Below are positions 60,201-64,000 of a DNA stretch of 64,000 bases, piece after piece; within the stretch, counting starts at the first letter, position 1; each line of letters opens with the position of its first letter. The position numbers and the translations under genes were made by a program. Below the pieces are notes generated by a model. The model ran no database searches and had not been told where the DNA came from. It saw only the letters and a list, made by a program, of their open reading frames with translations. Origin of the DNA: Hydrolagus colliei (taxonomy: Eukaryota); contig CM068755.1 in the NCBI GenBank assembly GCA_035084275.1, forward strand, positions 11,408,001 to 11,472,000, given 5' to 3'.

Positions 60201-63200
60201 ATCAATATAACAAGGATGCAAATATATAAACAAAGACACACTCCGAATATTGGAACAAGAATTGCCCAAGTGAAAATACCAGCTTGTCATATTTGGCACC
60301 TGTTAGCAGAAGAATGAACCAAAACACAGATTATTGTTGTCATAATATATTCATAACTCAGATCAGGAAGGGTAGAAATGTCTTACCAGTGATTATGTTA
60401 AAGTCCCAAAGGTAAGATTGAAACAAGTGGGCAACAGTTAAGTTATTAAAAATAGAGAACGTCATTTCAGTAATTCAATATACTGCACTGTAAAATAATC
60501 ATCTTTGGATTTTTTTCACCAACGCACTGGAGAAACTTTGGAAGGGCTTTCTGACACTTTACTATGTACAATAAAGTAGGACAGATTGTGTAACATCAGG
60601 AATTAGTGTCTTCTTACAAGAAAATAGGTAACATGAGGTAAATCACACTGATCTTTCAAAAGCCCTTCACATCTATGTATTGCTATGACATGAATTGAGT
60701 TTGTGCCAAATCTGCCATAAGTTGCAATTAGTTTATAATAGAGTGGGGATACTCAGGCAGTGCATAAAAGAAGCAAATTTATAAGCCTACAACATTTGCG
60801 ATCCAAACAGTTGCTTTCTCAGTGACTGAAATGACAGTCGACTTGACAAGCCTACTGAAGCCTCAGACAGCAGAAGCAGCTGTTGTTTTTCCTGCTCCAT
60901 TAATCTGTCATCAGAAGGGAATATGATGTTATGAAAACAGTGACCACATGTAATTTCAGGTTGGTGGATGGGGGAAAAAAAAACCCAGATGTATTTTGAA
61001 ACACACAGTAGAAGCAACCAGTGGTTAAGTGTCTGCTTTGGACAGTGGTAATAGGCTTGAAAAGGAGAAACTCATCTCTTGGGAACTGGGACCAATTAGT
61101 GGACTGTTAAACTACTCATCCAAACATAACAGAAATGAACAATATAGCTGCACTTGTTTGGAGCAATTTTTTAAAAAGTACTTGCAGAAGTAATTTCCTG
61201 TAGTATGATTAATATGGCTGCGTAATGTGAATATGTTCGACAAGCAAACTGTCCCACTCATTCGCAATTGAAATAGGATCCACTGCAAACGTATGGGAAC
61301 CGCACATCATCAATACTGATTTAGGTTTTGACTACTGTATATTGATAGTAAAGAAAGCGCATAACAGCTGGTTACACTGAACAGCCCACTGTCACCATCC
61401 ATCCACCCCATAACAACAACAACCCTGAACTTTCCAATTATTTATCAGAAGAAGTTTATGGATATTAAAAATATAAAAGGATGTTTTATGTTTTTAGAAA
61501 TCAGATAATTGGGATTAGCGTAGGTAGCAGCAAAGTGGAGCTGGCATTGGCCTAGGAATGAGGATACAAATGGCATCCTTATCTACTAAAATTTCTATAA
61601 TTTTACAACTTTTCTATAATATTAACTGAAGGACAATTTTAGATGGCTCCCTTATATTGTGTCTTCTTTGACAGTTTAACGTAAAAGATTATTGGTACCT
61701 AGCTCATCTTTAAGGATTAAACTGGCCCCATGACACAGTGCAAAGCTTCTTTTGCTTGCAGCACAACACAAACTGATAGGATACAGTGGCCAACTGCCAT
61801 GATATCACAATAATAAAATGCCATTTATTAACATTACCAATGGATGATATACAAGGGCCTTCTTAAAACTCTGGTTCATATTACCTTGAACAGAAGACTG
61901 CTATAAATGACTGACCTTACGACTGAGGTCTGCAACACGGGAATATAAAAGTGGAAACAGTTCATTGTGAGCACGAGCACGGTTTTTGTTCAGAAGAAAC
62001 TGGAAACAAATGAAATTCATCAAGGTGATGTTTACAATTGAAACAAGAGCTAGTGTAAATCTAAGGAATCGGTAGTTTATCAATACCAACTCAGTTTTCA
62101 ATAATACTGGATGGTAAAAAGATCCTGTCTTTCCACATGAAGTTACAAACGCTTGCTTCAAGCATCGTGATTAATGGAGCCGTCACTTGTCGACCGCAAA
62201 CGGCCTTCAAATTTTTTTTAAATCCCCCGGGTGGTATCGGATTGAATTTCAAATCTGGATTTAGGACAACACTTAATTTGGATTGTATAGAGTCGGGCAA
62301 TGATGAAAAAAAAATCATCGTGAAAACGTGCAAAGTAGCTTCACTTTTGAGTCTGACTGAAAGCAAGAGACCAAGGACAATCACAGGCTGAGCTTAGGCT
62401 TGAACAAGTATCTAGTTCAACATGATTACACCACATTAGATAATCTGCTATAAACCACTTAAGAGTGGAGTGCCCTTAAGCCAATCTGATAAGATCAAAT
62501 CTTTAGATCATTATCGCTGTGGGCAGAAACCTTCCATCAGAAATTTGGTCATGTATTACATTTTTCAGTTGGTAAATACAGTAGTCTCTTATTTGTCAGA
62601 AAAATCCTTCCTTTTGTACGCAAATACAGCTCAATACTGTACTGTAATAAAACTAGACGCAACCTAATTTTACAGTCACCAGATTTTAATTTTTTTAATT
62701 AAAATTAGCTGGTTAATTACTATCAGAAAGGAACTTTATGAACTTCAGTTTATGAGGCTTATATAGAAGTCTTGTTTGTAATTCCTTTTAAAAAAAATAA
62801 TGTTTCAAAAATATAAAGAAAAGGAATCTAAAATAATATAGTGTGTGCATTAGTTTCAAATACCTCACAATGCTGCACATTATAATGAATTATAGCATCT
62901 TAAAACACTCTTGTCTCTGGCCTGATCAATTCTGTATGGTATGTTTTCAATCCTTTAGACTGTGATGCCTGGAAAATTATGTACATTACAGTAATGAAAT
63001 GACTCAGACATCAATATTAGCTAACGTGGAGTCCTGATTTATGCTTTCTGCTCTTTATCTCTGCTCAGTTAGCCGGGTAACTGACACATGCGGAAACCCA
63101 TCACCTTGCTTAAGACGATCCAAATCCGACTGCCCTTTATTGGACTGGTCGGGGGAATGTTAGAAAAACACACCTGATTCGGGAGTCCATCACATTGCAT

Positions 63201-64000
63201 GTCGAACTGAATGCACACACAAAACTGGTCGAGTGACTGACATGTTAATAAACAACAGCGCCTTGAAAATTCTTTGGCAATCCACTGGACTGAGTGTATC
63301 TCCTTGATTCGCTGCACTACGCAGATTGTTTAAAAAACAAAGAAAGTGCTGTATAAACATGGCATCAATTGGTATCACCGAACAGCTATGTTTTCATTGG
63401 CAAGGTGTCAAGTCAATTTACAATTCTGGGGTGTATCTAAATATTACTGTAAAACCCTTATCATGCTTTTTAATCTTTCTTCCTTAACCTAAGGATATGT
63501 TAAAACTCTGACAGGCCCAAATATTTAGTTAATACTTTCCCAGGGAAGTGTCTACGTTACCATTGGTTGGGTGGAAGCTCGCCGAGTTGTTTGGGTGCCC
63601 GCATGGTCCACTCTGACCTTGTCTGCTGCCTCACGTCTAACTCCCATAGATTTATACAAACCTCAGACGTTGTGAAGTAATAGAAAAATAAACCATGTAA
63701 CGAGTTACCGAAAAGAAAATTCGGAGGGTAATATTTTCATGCTAAGTCACTTTTTTAAAAAAAAAACTCTTAGCCTTTCCTGATCCCTTAACTCACTCAA
63801 CACTCCAGATACTTACAAAGAATTGATACCTTACATTCTGACTGTGAGCGATTTGGTTAACAGGAAAGTTCTTATTTCAACAACTTCAATTTTTTTTTTG
63901 CTATAGACAATTAATGCTTACATTAATGGTCCTCCTTAACCCTTATATCCCCCCACAGTGAGACACAACAATAGCACCTAAAACTTGATCTGCAGAAATG

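Overview
AT-rich vertebrate genomic DNA, most likely from a cartilaginous fish, inferred from shark-type CR1 3' ends, L2 LINEs and tRNA-headed Deu-domain-like SINEs. It is not prokaryotic, and most of the supplied ORFs are spurious or are fragments of exons. I built three spliced genes by hand, checking splice sites and reading phase. (1) EFL1/EFTUD1, the ribosome-maturation GTPase, lies on the minus strand with 10 coding exons at 18730->2186 and runs off the left edge. (2) SAXO2/FAM154B, an axonemal microtubule stabiliser, lies on the plus strand with a complete 4-exon CDS at 21408-32845 (472 aa), head-to-head with EFL1 across a CpG-island promoter. (3) The last 10 coding exons of ADAMTSL3 lie on the minus strand at 57293->40267, tail-to-tail with SAXO2. 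Introns carry a young 5'-truncated L2 LINE with an intact RT frame, many L2/CR1/SINE fragments and a ~50-bp G-rich minisatellite. The most interesting signals are a U12-type (minor spliceosome) intron in EFL1, an extra Ig-like domain retained in ADAMTSL3, RFX X-box clusters in the shared promoter and in SAXO2 intron 1, two L2 variants with different 3' tails shared with SINEs, and possibly overlapping 3' ends of SAXO2 and ADAMTSL3. I found no evidence of a wholly new gene system. Comparisons to human proteins are from memory, not from a search.
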